This document shows, in pieces, positions 37,227 through 50,720 of a DNA stretch of 64,000 nt. Source of the stretch: Chara braunii (taxonomy: Eukaryota; Plantae; Charophyceae); NCBI GenBank assembly GCA_003427395.1, contig BFEA01000008.1:2174336-2238335 (forward strand), given 5' to 3'. Position 1 is the first letter of the stretch; every line of letters begins with the position of its first letter. The notes under the pieces are model-generated. The model searched no databases and had not been told where the DNA came from. It saw nothing but the letters and a program-made list of their open reading frames with translations. The translations under genes were made by a program, and so were the position numbers.

Positions 37227-37324
37227 AAAAAATGTAATTCCAATTTTAAAATTTTCCGTCTTACTTAAAAACTTTCCTTCCAAGAATGGGGTATTCCTTC
37301 TTATTTGAACTGCATGCTAGAGCT

Positions 37325-37491
37325 GGAATGAAAGTCTGGATGAGTTCATGAAATATTTTAATTGGACTGTCATTCTAAGTAAGGATTTCCAATCATAAAT
37401 GGGTTAATCCAATCTAAATTAGACGATATTTATTGTAATAGAATGAAAGTCTAATTAAAAAATTTCATAAACTCGTCCAGACTTTCATTCC
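37325..37491. repeat. AT-rich inverted repeat, core of an older foldback (~36790-37610)
   Basis: GGAATGAAAGTCTGGATGAGTT ... AACTCGTCCAGACTTTCATTCC. Confidence 0.7.
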
Positions 37492-38538
37492 ATCTTGAAC
37501 AAATAGATGTAGTTGGAAAGGAAAGGTCATGGGAACTTATCAAATTAAATTGAAAATTTTAGAATTAGACAAACATTGGAATGATAATTTATAAATATGA
37601 AGGATTTTTTTTTTATGAAATGTTTTTTCAACTTTTATTTCTCATGGGAATTTTTATGTTGTGCCTCCTTGACCTATGTGATAGTCAGTTCTCTTCTTCC
37701 GATAATGATCAATACGAGAGGACGACTGCAGTATGTCGACCACATGATGCTACCATCCTGCCCATTCTCGTCCAACCTTGTATCCATTTACCCCCTCAAC
37801 ATCCCCACTGTTTTGTCACACTGCTGGGCGATCATGTCAACATCTTTCGTCCTCCTCGAAATTGTCGAAGAATCGGGTTTCAAGACCGCTGGGCCTGCCA
37901 TGCGGTTCGCTCCCGCGCGCTCGCGTCCTTCGAGCTGAAAATCCCCCAAGGTGCCACGAGACCTGATACATTCAAGATACTGGACTCTTCTGAATGCACC
38001 TGATTCAGAAATTGTCCTAATGCATGTAGATTGTTGTGTAGTGGAGCCAAAGCCTATGGCAAGAGAGCAACAACATCCACAGGGGATGATCAGGCTGGGA
38101 GTTAGGTCACGTTGGGGCCTGGGCAGTGTAATGGGTCTAGCTCCACTGCTCACAAATCTATGAATTTCCAAAGTCCAGCATCACTCCACTTACTTTGAAA
38201 TAGGGTTCTTGACAACCCATTTCGCAAACCTGACTCTCAAAAACCTCTTTAAATTTGACTTTTCGTACAAAACCCTCTGCAAGTTGATAGCTACAATCCC
38301 TGTGGCCAAGCAGACAGGTCCCTGTGGCCAAGCAGTCAGGTCTCCAGTGGCCGCACACCCATGGAGGGGTTCCAGCATCAGGGGGGTCAACTCCCATTAG
38401 CAGGGGGTTCGTCACCCTTCCTACCATCCAATTTGACATCTCACGGCTACATTGTGGCCACGTTGAAAAATACCCAGAAGGAAGTCTAAAAGCAGTCTGA
38501 CCCCCCCTAGTGGGTCTTAGCCAATAGGCAGTTTTCTT

Positions 38539-38542
<4 letters not shown>

Positions 38543-38616
<74 letters not shown>
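38543..38616. repeat. (TC)n microsatellite; similar tracts at 44145-44215 (GA) and 62358-62399 (CT)
   Basis: Seen directly. Confidence 0.95.
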
Positions 38617-38618
<2 letters not shown>

Positions 38619-39428
38619 ATCAGCCCGGATCATAGGATGTACATTATCAAAGATTACTGTCCTCTTCATTATGGCTACCGTCTTACACCGAACACAACAC
38701 ACCTCGCATACAATCTATCTTCCTCGCCTGTTGCAGCCGAAAAGAGGGTGCGTTGTTGTGTTCGGGGAAATACTGTAGGGGTCAGACTAGAAGGTGCATC
38801 TGTCGGTGAGTGGTAGTCTATCATTTCTGGAATTCAGGACTTTTTTTTTTTTTTTTTTTTTTGTGGGGGGGGAATAAACACTCCAGTCTATACGTGGGGA
38901 GCAACACGTGCTGGGAATCGGGCCCAGCGTTCCATATTGAATTATACAAATCGTTTGAAATACCAGGGTCAGTGATCTCCATCTGGAATTCTGGAGTTTC
39001 AAATTACTTTCAAGATCATAGCCGTTGGTACTGGCATGACTATGGTAACCCCACCAGCCTACAGGTCTCTCCACTACTCCCCAGAGTGACCACATGCATA
39101 AAAGATAAATTATGGTGGTGCATCTTTCCATGTTCTCGGGGTAGATTCATTCTCATTTTGCACATTTGGTGACTGGTGGAGCCAGGTCCTCCATGATCCC
39201 AGGTGTGTTGGTGGGTAGGATGATGTCAAGGATGAAATTTTAAAGAAAAACCGGCAGACACGGGCAGGTTTTGAGTCCCAGATATGTTGGTGGGTAGGAT
39301 GATGTCAAGGATGCAATTTTAAATTAAAACCGGCAAACACGGGCAGGTTTTGAGTTCGTAAAGGCAAAAAAAGCATGCGGGGCAAAAAAAGCATGTGGCG
39401 CCCACTTCTAATAGTCAATTTAGATCCA

Positions 39429-39500
39429 GCAGCCTAGCTCAGTGGGTTAGGCATGCAAGTGGCGCTCAGGAGGTTGTGGGTTCGAGCCCCATAATAGCCT
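39429..39500 (+). mobile_element. tRNA-derived SINE head or tRNA pseudogene
   Basis: A-box-like TAGCTCAGTGG and B-box-like GGTTCGAGCC with tRNA-like spacing; no convincing acceptor stem; truncated by a gap. Confidence 0.55.
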
Positions 39501-39658
39501 GCGGCGCACTTAGTGCCAACCAACGGTGATGGTTCNNNNNNNNNNNNNNNNNNNNNNNNNNNNNNNNNNNNNNNNNNNNNNNNNNNNNNNNNNNNNNNNN
39601 NNNNNNNNNNNNNNNNNNNNNNNNNNNNNNNNNNNNNNNNNNNNNNNNNNNNNNNNNN

Positions 39659-39698
<40 letters not shown>

Positions 39699-40162
39699 AA
39701 AACAAGGCTCCAATCTATTCGTGGGGAGCAGCACGTGCTGGGAAGTATAAAAGTTTGAGAAACCGAGGCCATGACAACAATTTAGCCAAAGCTCAAAAAC
39801 AACTCAGAAACCCCCCATCAATCCTCTTTACCTCACTCCGGCAAGCCTTACTGCGGCAGAGCCACCATCTCCGCTGCTGTTGTACCCTATTTCCATCCTT
39901 TTTTTTCTTTTCTTTTCTTTTTTCACGGGAACGATGCTCCATGTATTGGTGGGAAGCATCACCTGCTGGAAACCGGGTCCAGCGTTCCATAAAATATATC
40001 TTTTGAAACCTTGAACATGAACCATAAAAATAGATTGTTGTGTTGAAATTCGTGCCTCTTCACCCTAATCAGGGCGCCTGAAAAACATGTCATTCCAAAC
40101 ACTAGATCAACCCTCTATGTATCAACAGAATAACCAAAAGCAAGGTTACCAGAACTAAGGGT

Positions 40163-42110
40163 TCATTCATATCCATACCAAGATCTGGGAACCAAACATA
40201 GATTTGATCGAGGAAAAGGATCAGGGAAGTCCATCAGAGGCCCTAATGGAATAGCAGGATCAACTTTCATCCAGTCATTGAAGATCAAGCGGTAGTTCCT
40301 CTGAAGCCCATCCTGATCATTTTCTTGTGCCCCCTCCCATTCCACCCCCCCTAACCTCCCTCCCTTGTACCCCCCAAGCCAGCTTTGAATAAATGATTTA
40401 ATGTGTTGCAGGATTTCTTTTTTTTGTGTCAGATACTGTATTTTTTCTTTTAGTTGCTTAATAGTTTCAGTAAACTCTGACTCATCCAAGCGTGCACCTT
40501 CCATTTCATAGGTACATCTTCGTGTCCATATTGCCCAAATAACTGCTTTCCTTCCAGTTGTAAACAAATTTAATGTAAAGTCATCAATCTGAACAGGATT
40601 CCAGGCTTCCAAGAGGACCGCCTTCCAATCCCAGGGCCAGGGGAGGGTTGTTCCCAATTGATTCCGAATCGTGTCCCACCAACGCCATAACCAGACTGAT
40701 CCTGGACATTGGAGAAAGATGTGCTCTATTGTTTCTGGTATTAGTTTGGAAGGGAAGGCTGATTTACATAACTTACACCATGGGTGAGCTATACCTCTTT
40801 GTTCTAATGAGGTTTTATCTATAATCCAATCATTTGTGGGGAGGCAACGATGGGTAATCTGCCACTGCAGAGATGCTACCTTGGCTGGACAAGATTTAAC
40901 AGAGAGAAACCATTTAACTGATTGCAATTCTTCTTTACTTACATTTAGCTGTCTCATCCATCGACTTTCTATCTAGAGAAAACTACGGCGCAGTCAGGGT
41001 TACAGTTTGTAATTGCATTTGAAACTGCGTTTTAGCAGTTTAGTTAGGGCCCGAGTTTCAATTGCATTTGAAACTGCGTTTTTGCAGTTTGAAACTCGGA
41101 CTGGCTTTTTCTAGCAGTTCAGTCAGGNNNNNNNNNNNNNNNNNNNNNNNNNTTCGGTCGCGTGCTGCAACGCGCCGCGCTGTTCCACGGCTGGAAAAAA
41201 AAAAGAAAAAAGAAAAAAAACAGCCCCATGGTTGGGCCACGGCCGAGATGTCTCGGCCACACCCCAGACTGGCCGCGGCCGAGATGTCTCGGCCACACCC
41301 CAGACTGGCCACGGCCGAGATGTCTCGGCCACACCCAAGATTGGCCAGGGCCGAGATGTCTCGGCCACACCCGAGATTCGCAGGCACTACCCTTCACAGC
41401 CCAAAGTGAAGTCTCAAGAGTAGCCTACTCCGAAGAAGTGGGGGGCTCGGGGCACGGATGGAGGCCAAAAAAAAGAAAAAAGAAAAAGAAGAAATAAAAA
41501 AGTAAAGAAACGAGGAACTTCGAATCCACCTACGTCGGGAAGGCCCTCACCTCACCAGTGCTTTGAGGAATGTATCTGGCCAGGAAGTCAGGAAACATGA
41601 AACAGGTGGTTTTCCTTTTTTGTTTCTTCTGTGAGGTCCTTGTAGCGCCCTGCCAGCCAGGCAGGGCGGATTCCACGCGAGGCAGCTAACTGCCTTGCTT
41701 CATTCAGTTCCCGACAAACACTGTAGCATCCTGTATATGACCGCAATCACAGCGTAAGGGATGTTGTTTTTTTGTAATTTTTTTATCTGCTGTTAGTGGA
41801 TAGACGAGGGCCCTGATTGAACTGCTAAGCCCGAGTTTCAACGGCAATTGAAACTCGGGCCCTGACTAAACTGCTAAAACGCAGTTTCAATTCCAATTAC
41901 AAACTGTTTTCGTGACTGCGCCGTAGTTACCCCTTCTATCTATTTCCATCCTACAAGCTAGCCCGCTCACTAGTAGGACGCTTGATATCCCACCATCAAC
42001 TCCTCTCACCTTTTCTTGAAAAATTAAGAAGACCTCCCCCTGCCAGCATTGATTGCCCCGGAAACCAGGGGATACCTCTGATAGGTCTTAGTAGGGTCCT
42101 TGGCCAACAC
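40163..42110 (-). mobile_element. LINE 3' fragment (zf-RVT), interrupted by a MULE-like element
   Basis: LQWQITHRCLPTN..WCKLC..ETIEHIFLQCP..WAIWTRRC; frame resumes across 40976-41933 (GWK*IESRWMRQ). Confidence 0.85.
40976..41933. mobile_element. Mutator-like non-autonomous element with internal 36-bp tandem x4 (41235-41375)
   Basis: 9-bp TSD TTCTATCTA (40967-40975, 41934-41942); ~120-bp TIRs starting with G (GAGAAAACTACGGCGCAGTCA / GGGGTAACTACGGCGCAGTCA). Confidence 0.88.
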
Positions 42111-42929
42111 GGGTGTAAGTGCGAGCATGGGTTGCATGTGGTGTGTGGGAGAGTGTTGGCTGTAGACACTGCTGTTATTCGGTTGGGGGTGGGGGAGGAT
42201 GAAAAGGGAGGCGCAGAGGATGGAAAGGGAGGCGCAGCTACTGGCAAAATGCTTGGTCTTTGCATTAGCTGGACCCCCAACGGCGGCCCCACCCCATTCT
42301 TGACCACCATGGTTGGGTTGAGGGAGGGCAACATGCATCACCTCTGATGGGTGGAGGGAGACAACAAAGCTACGTTTGCAGGGGTCCCCTGTATAAGCCT
42401 TAGGAGAAGTGGTAGGTAGGTAGTGAAGCTGAATTGAAAGAATTTGAAAGACGATGAAAGATTTGAGAGAAGAATATATAGCGTAGTTTTTAAACAAACA
42501 AACAAAAAAAGAAAAGCCAATTTCGGTCGCAAAGTATGTGTTGGGCTTTTTTCTTTTTTTTTTCCCCCATCTGACACCACAGCCGACCCCTGTAAATATG
42601 ACGCCTGGCCTGACACCACGGCCGCCGTACTTTCATTGCCCTTTTCGAACTCGAGCCTGGTTTCTTTGCCAACGCATGTTTTTTTTGCCCCCTACGAAAC
42701 TCAAATGTGACATGAACTTTTTTTTTTTTTCCCCGAACCCCCCCCCCCGCAGTGCTAGCGGTGCTGGTAGAAACAGGCACCACTAGCACCCGGGGAGGAC
42801 TTCCATCTTTTGGTCGGGAGCATCACCTTTTAAGACTCTCAGGGCATACTCACATCAGCATGTTTTCACTAATGTATAGACGGAATTGCTGTCAGATGCA
42901 TACATGTTGGGCCTTCCTAAAGTCGTGCC

Positions 42930-43625
42930 CGTTAACAAGCCACAATTTTAGGAAATGTACGGCCACTACAGGAGCGCCCAAATTCATTCGACTAGAAACT
43001 TTTCTACTCTATCTTTTCCCTCAGCCTATACCTGGGCCAAGTACTGGTGGTTTAACATAGTGCTAGTGTGCAGTGTGTCCTCAGATCAGCAGATTACATC
43101 TGCTAAGAGAGCATCCCAGTGGCTTACGCATCACTTTAAACCGCCAGTACACAGCCCCAACCTTGCAGAAAGTTTAAGTCACCACAAGCAAAACTCAGAG
43201 GCCCCGCGCGGCCAGGCCCGCCGTTGAAAAACAAATCGATGGCCTCCGAAGTGGTGCGGGTTTCATGCTGACACCCGTGGGCCGTTATGTGGTGTACTGG
43301 TGCTTCAAACCATCAGTACTTCCTAACATCGTGTCCTCGAACTTTAGGAAACGTATGGGCCACTACAGAAGCGCCCAAATTCATCCGACTAGAAATGTTT
43401 CTACTCTAGTCTTTCCCGCGGCCGATAGCTGGGCCAAGTACTGGTCGTTTAAACCGCAAGTACACGCCCCCAGCCTTGCAGAAAGTTTTTGTCACCACAA
43501 GCAAAACTCGGAGGGGCCACGTGACGTGGGGCGCCGTCAAAAAAAAAATATCGGCGGCCTCCGAAGCGGTGCAGGTTTCGTGCTGACACCCGCGGGCCAA
43601 TGTGTGGTGTACTGGTCCTTTAACA
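42930..43625. repeat. Diverged direct duplication (spacing ~395 bp); a further partial copy at ~52340-52420
   Basis: Shared TTTAGGAAA.GTA.GG.CACTACAG.AGCGCCCAAATTCAT..GACTAGAAA. Confidence 0.7.
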
Positions 43626-43849
43626 TGCAGCAAAAAAAGAAAAAAAAAGAAGAAAAAAGAAGAAAAACTTTAACATGCATTTCAGAAATTAATGGGGTGT
43701 ACAAAACTGAGCACGTACTTAGACGGGGAGGGAAGAGGAGTGGATGAGACTCTGAGAAGGAGAGAAGGGAGGAGATGTCCTGTTGACATATTAATGACTC
43801 GGTGGGACATAGGTAGACACATTTGCTGTAAAATTTTAATACCCGATAC

Positions 43850-44141
43850 CATGGTAACCGACCTGACGTCCGGACCAGGTTCCAGACAGTCCGGAACAAC
43901 ATGTTCAGGTCCAGTGTCCGGTCCATGATGTCTGGATGGAGGCCCCCACAGCAAAAATCAAAAACAAAAAAGGGGCACCCCAGGACATTTTTGGGGTCCT
44001 GGCCGCCCCTTCAAAAATAACTGGGAAATTTTTCAGGGTCCTTCCAGGCTTTCACCCAACAGGACAGGGCCTAGAGGTCCGGACACAAAACACTGCAGGT
44101 TTTTGGGGTGGCCAGTTTCACACAGCCCGCCGTCGCTGCCC

Positions 44142-44215
<74 letters not shown>

Positions 44216-47200
44216 ACTGACAGTGCTGCCGGTCTGAAGACTCTGACGTTCTGAACTGCAAAGCTCAAACTTTTTTTTTTTTTTTTTTTTTTTTTTAAGC
44301 TCAAACTTTTAAGTTATCTGTAGTTATGAACTTTTTTTTTTTTCTTTTTTTTTTCCCTTTAAAAGACACGCCCTCGCTGTGCTAGTGATGCTGGTAAGAG
44401 CAGGCACCACCAGCACTCCGGGGGAGGCTCCATCTATTGGTGGGGAGCGTCACCTGCTGGAAAGCGGGTCCAGCGTCCCATATACAGATTGATGCATGTG
44501 AACAAAAGGGAGAAACCTGCCAGCATTGATTACTCTGGTCAGAGGATTGACTGTGCAGATTTGTTCAGATGACCGCAATACGAGCGAGCTTTGAGGGGGG
44601 AGAACCTCTTCACCATGTACATTGGCGCCAGATCCCTACTGCAATTCCTAGTTCTCCCACCACTCCTCATCTCCTGTTTTCTAAACAAAATTTACGACTA
44701 ACCCTTGCTGGCCTTTATGCCCTCAGTCTCTCTTCTCTCTGCTATTCGACTGCCAGCTCCTTACATATTGCCGGCCTCGATTCGTCGACCATCCCTTTAT
44801 AAACCGCGAGTCCCGTCGACGGAACGCTCTAGGTATGGGCCAATCTCTATTTTCAAGCCACATCAACGGGTCAGCAGTTTCCTTCGTTGGAGGGGCCAGT
44901 CTCGAGATTTGTTCCAAGGCCAGGCCTCTCCACGGTGTGTCCTTATTAAAAATAAGTCGTTTGATCCATTGTATAGCCAGCGCCTTTGTCTGTGTGAGCG
45001 GGTCGATGATCCCGAGTCCTCCCTTTGCTTTAGGCTGAGTGATAGAGTGCCACGCCACTCGGCTGATGACATTTTGTCCGTCATGGTCCCCTCTCCACAA
45101 GAAGGCAGCAAGTTGGCGTTGCAAGGGGCGTATAGTTTTTTTGTCCAGTGCCCAGATTGCCGATTTGTACCACATGGAGGCCAGCACCACATTGTTGATA
45201 ATGAGGGCACGGCCCCATAATGAGGTATGCTTGTTTCTCCAAAGTGCCATTTTCGCTAGGGGTGGACCCGTGATCCATTCCTAGTTAGTGGATGGTCTGC
45301 CCTCCGCCGTCAATGAGATCCCCAACACTCTAATAGGGGCCTCCTTAGGGAGCCACTTGAGTCTCGGGTGTTCTGGGGGTCGCACGCCGTGGTGGTGAAT
45401 CCACCAGCCCTAAGTTTTGTTTCCCAAGTTAACTGTCATGTCCGACAATTGGCAGAAGCGGTCCATCATCCGCTGCACTCCTTCCATCGATTCCCTGGAT
45501 GCATCAACCATTAATGTCAGATCGTCGGCAAACATTGAGCAAACCGGGATTGCATCTTTGGGTATCGTCGATACCTGGATCCTTTTGATATCTTTGTGGG
45601 TCCTGAGGTTAGCTTCCAATGCTTCCATGACGATGACGGATAGGTAGGGGGCAATCGGGTCCCCCTGTCTGACAGATCTCTGCAGCTTAATGGGAGGAGC
45701 CAGGTTATTATTCACCATGACCCTAGTTGCGGCGTTTGTGTGCAGAATTTGGACCCAGCGCCGGAAGTTGGGCCCAAAGTTAAACTTTTCCAGACATTTA
45801 TCGAGGAAAAACTAGTCGACATGGTCGTAGGCCTTTTCGAAATTGATGAAGATAATCGTTGCATTGTTCTGAGATTGCCTGGTTAGCTTGATCATTTCGT
45901 TGACCAGGAGGATATTATCCTGGATGTTTCTTCCTTGGATAAAGCCCGTCTGGTCCGGGTGGATAATGTCTGTCATTATTGGCTCCAGGTGATTAGTCAG
46001 AGCTTTAGCAATTAGTTTGTAGATAACCGTGAGCAGTGTGATGGGTCTGTAGTTTCTGATGTTTGTTCTGTCCCCTTTTTTATAGAGGAGGGTTAGCACT
46101 TCTTGACCCACGAATTCCCCCGTTCGACCAGTCTCCTAGACCTCGTGGTAGAAGTCCATGAGATCTTGTGAGATAAAAGGCCACATTGCTTCCCAAAATT
46201 CTTTTGGCAGACCATCTATGCCTGGGTTTTTTTCCTCCTCTATTTGCCTCAGCGCATCTCAAATTTCCTCCTTTGAGAGGGGGCTATCAAGTGTTTCTCT
46301 TTGCTGTGCCGTGAGGGTCGTGGACAACGGGGCCAGGAAGTCCTCAATTTCCGATTTTCGCTGGTCTTCGGACTGGGTTCTACAAGTGGATGTGAACAGT
46401 TCCTGGTAGTAGTCTCTGGCTATTTTTGTGCATTCGGCTATGGATGTGACTAAATGGCCCCGGGAGGTTTTGGGGTTTTCTAACGCTTCAATCACCGTTC
46501 TCCCATATTTCATTTTAGCCATCGCGAAGAATCTGGCATCCATCGCACCTTCCGTGTTGTGTTTAGAGATCTTGCCCCGAATTCTGGCCCCCTGCCATCT
46601 GCGTTCCATATGAGATAACATGTCCTCTTCCAGCCTTAAGATGGCATTAGCTACGTCGATGTCCAAGTCGCCTATGTCAGACTCCTGCTGTTGGAGATGA
46701 TACAGGCGACGTTGTGTCTCAATCTCCGCTGCTTGACGGCGTGCTGCCAAAAGTTTTGAGAATTTGTTGCACTTGCGGCCCAGGAAGGCTAGGCCGTTGT
46801 TAAACCATAGTATGTCGTCGCTTATTTGTGCTCTTTGTTTTTGCCAGTAGGACCATACGTCTTTCAAGTAGGTCTTGAAGGTTGCCATTTTCAGAAGCGA
46901 TGTGTTCAGTTTATAAAACCCTTTGCCCTGGTCTGGCTTTTTCCTGAAGGAAAAGACGGCGAGGCACATGGCGTGGTCCAGGCCCGGGATGGGGCTGTGG
47001 GGGAGTATTTCAACTAGTTGAAGAGCGCCCTGAAGCTCTTCGGAGGCAAGGATCACATCGATGCGAGATTTGGATGCGCCCTCCGTGCCAGTCTTTCGCA
47101 GGCAAGAGAAGCGGCGGTATGTGGGAAAGCGTCTTCGGAATGTGTCGAAGAGATTAAGGGATTGCGAGAGCTCCGTTATTATTCTCTCATCGTTTTCTAT

Positions 47201-48178
47201 ATAGTAAGGGCATGGTGAGGGGATTTTTCATCTGTCCAGCCAGCGATCCGGGGTCGCATTGAAGTCCCCTGCTATGATAACGGGGATCCCCACCGGAAGT
47301 TTCTCTCTGAGGGACTCAAAGAACCCTTGTCATGCTGACGGTTCATTAGGGGCGTATATGTTAAGAATACTGACCACTTCCAATTCTAACATGCCCAGGA
47401 AGTAAATCCACCTACCCTCTTGTCGGTCTGCTTCCCAGTTAAGCATTTCGATCTTGGAGTTTGGGGGGATCCATATCGCTACGTCCCCGCTTCCGGGTCT
47501 CGGGGCGTGGGCTCTATAGGCTTGGTGTGGCCAGAGTTCTTTGTGTTTGTAGTTGTGCTCCGGGGTGTTCATGAGGTGGGTTTCTTGTAGACACACAACG
47601 TCGGGCCACTCTCTCCCCCCCACCCCCTTCAGCTGGTCAATGATGGCTTGCCTCTTGGGGGGTTTCGCTGAAGCCAGGCCATTCACGTTAAGGGAACGCA
47701 AGTCGAGATCAGCCTGTCTTTTGCAGATCTTCCAGATTTTGTCTTTGCCATACAAAGCGTCGACTGTATTCATTTTCCTTTTTTGGTGCTGTGAAGTTAT
47801 GAACTTAATTCAAAGTGAATCATACTTTTTTCTTTCAATTTTTTTTCCTCTGTTTCTCTAGTCTTGTGCCTGCTTTGCACTGTTTGCAACTCTACATGTC
47901 TGCTAGTTGAATGTGCTTGTTGATTTGCTGCAAGACAGGTGCTCCGCTGCCTGAACTACAAAGTGCAAAGCAGGTGAGTGCCTGCCAACACCCCCACCCA
48001 CCCACCCACTCCCACGGTCTGTTTTTGTTTTTGGGTCTGGACATTTTGCACCCCCTGACACCGGTTCGGACTGTCCTGTCCGGTGATGTCCAGGTGTCCG
48101 GTGATGTCCGGACCGATCCAGACACTAGTCCAGAAGACTATCCCGAAGTGTCCGGTGTCCGGGTCTGCGGTTACAATG
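43850..48178. mobile_element. Probable hAT-like MITE split by a LINE insertion
   Basis: Termini CATGGTAACCG / (rc) CATTGTAACCG; degenerate 8-bp TSD CCCGATAC / CTCTATAC; GTCCGG/CCGGAC clusters near both ends. Confidence 0.55.
44490..47730 (-). pseudogene. Second LINE ORF2 remnant (endonuclease + RT)
   Basis: SLNVNGL, VVCLQETHL, NIYAPN, LDHA, LYKKGD..NYRPITLL, HPDQTGFIQGRNIQDN, FEKAYDHVD, SVRQGDP, MFADDL. Confidence 0.93.
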
Positions 48179-50299
48179 CTCTATACCCATATTAATTTTT
48201 TAACGGTTTTTACTTTTTATAAGAATTTTAAAGCAGTTTGGTGCGAACTGCCAATATGCCTGCTGCTGCAGGGTTAAAAAAAATATAAAAAAAATAAAAA
48301 GCCTGCGGCTTGTCCAGTGTGAGGGGAAAGGCAGGGAAATAGGAGGTTAGACTCCCTCCTTTTTTTTTCCCTTGTTTTTTTTTGACAGAATTAGACTCAC
48401 TTTCTGACGTCAGCTTCCAGTTCTGCAGGCGACTTGCCACACAGATCGATACATGTGTCAGAGGACCTCGGTGTGCCCTACGATTGGCACAGGGCAATAC
48501 AATTTGCTCATAAATTCATAATTCAATTCATTGCATTCAAGTCCTTTTTTTTTTCCTCTCCTTTAAAAAACAAAACAAATGCTGCAACGGGCCCTGAGAT
48601 GTCATCATATATGAACTGACCTGGCCTAGCTAATTCAGAATTGCAGTACTACTCTGGGCCGAGGTCCCACTAGCAAATAGGATTGGATTGACCTCCTGAA
48701 TCTCGACGTGTTTGATGCAAAGATGAAGAAAAGCAGTTCAAGCTCCATATTCTGCACCTTTGCACGAACGTGTCCATATTCAGGAGTTCAATCCAATCCC
48801 CTTCCGTACCTCGGCCCTGGTCTGCTTCACCTGCTTCGAGTGGAGTTCGAACTCAGTGGTTTTGGGACCCCGGCCGTGGTCTGCTTCATCTGCTTCGAGT
48901 GGAGTTCGAACTCAGATCTGTAAAACCACTGCAGTACGAGGTTACTGCACAAAAGCGGCACGGTTTTTTGAGAGAGCCATGACTACCACGGGGAAATTTT
49001 GGAGAGGGAGTTACATATTGGAGCAAACGAATGGCTGATTACCTTGGAGAACGGACGCGGATGGCTACTGTAGCAGGAGATTGTGAGGGACATGTCTTTA
49101 CGACTGCAAATGGAGCGCGAGGTCGAAGGGGGAGCGATTTCTCAAGCTAGTTGGCTGAAGGAGAAAAGTGAGGACATGCTGGAGATCATATGGGAGCTGG
49201 AGGAGGGGCCGGATCCTCGGCTTGACGTCTGCATCGACTGGAGGAGGGCAGATGGCATCATGCCTGTCTGCAAAACCCTCTTCAATGAGGGTCGCAATCT
49301 GTGTGCTCTTCTGGAAGATCGGTTGGAGGGCGTTATTGATCGTGAGGACGCGCATGTGGCAAGTGAGGTAACAGCGTTAACATCAAGACCANNNNNNNNN
49401 NNNNNNNNNNNNNNNNNNNNNNNNNNNNNNNNNNNNNNNNNNNNNNNNNNNNNNNNNNNNNNNNNNNNNNNNNNNNNNNNNNNNNNNNNNNNNNNNNNNN
49501 NNNNNNNNNNNNNNNNNNNNNNNNNNNNNNNNNNNNNNNNNNNNNNNNNNNNNNNNNNNNNNNNNNNNNNNNNNNNNNNNNNNNNNNNNNNNNNNNNNNN
49601 NNNNNNNNNNNNNNNNNNNNNNNNNNNNNNNNNNNNNNNNNNNNNNNNNNNNNNNNNNNNNNNNNNNNNNNNNNNNNNNNNNNNNNNNNNNNNNNNNNNN
49701 NNNNNNNNNNNNNNNNNNNNNNNNNNNNNNNNNNNNNNNNNNNNNNNNNNNNNNNNNNNNNNNNNNNNNNNNNNNNNNNNNNNNNNNNNNNNNNNNNNNN
49801 NNNNNNNNNNNNNNNNNNNNNNNNNNNNNNNNNNNNNNNNNNNNNNNNNNNNNNNNNNNNNNNNNNNNNNNNNNNNNNNNNNNNNNNNNNNNNNNNNNNN
49901 NNNNNNNNNNNNNNNNNNNNNNNNNNNNNNNNNNNNNNNNNNNNNNNNNNNNNNNNNNNNNNNNNNNNNNNNNNNNNNNNNNNNNNNNNNNNNNNNNNNN
50001 NNNNNNNNNNNNNNNNNNNNNNNNNNNNNNNNNNNNNNNNNNNNNNNNNNNNNNNNNNNNNNNNNNNNNNNNNNNNNNNNNNNNNNNNNNNNNNNNNNNN
50101 NNNNNNNNNNNNNNNNNNNNNNNNNNNNNNNNNNNNNNNNNNNNNNNNNNNNNNNNNNNNNNNNNNNNNNNNNNNNNNNNNNNNNNNNNNNNNNNNNNNN
50201 NATCTGTGTGCTCTTCTGGAAGATCGGTTGGAGGGCGTTATTGATCGTGAGGACGCGCATGTGGCAAGTGAGGTAACAGCGTTAACATCAAGACCATCA

Positions 50300-50383
50300 A
50301 CAACATCAACAAATGGGTGCGACAACAACAACAGCAACAACGCTAACAACGGCGACAACACAAACAAAAACAACAGCGGTGAG

Positions 50384-50426
<43 letters not shown>

Positions 50427-50643
50427 GCAACAACAACGATAATATCAACAGCAACGAGGACGACGATGGCAGTGGCGACTTCGGAAGCGGCGGGGNTGAC
50501 AGCGGNGCCCGTGCAGATGTCGATCATCATCGACATGATGGGGGAGATGCCGCAAGCGGACGAAGGGGAGATTGGGGTTGGTACGGAAAACGGGTTTGCT
50601 ATCTCCCCCCCTCTCAACGATAGTGACGACGACGACGACGACG

Positions 50644-50689
<46 letters not shown>

Positions 50690-50720
50690 CGTCGACGACG
50701 GCGACGGCGGTGGCGACGAC
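50300..50720 (+). repeat. (AAC)n/(GAC)n low-complexity tract between gaps
   Basis: Seen directly. Confidence 0.85.

Noticed and set aside
44365-44479. HDV or hammerhead ribozyme in the GGGACGCTGG repeat
   Set aside because: No CUGANGA/GAAA core and no P1 complement of GGGACGC found.
49083-50623. Possible host gene with poly-Asn
   Set aside because: No recognisable domain; interrupted by gaps and low complexity.
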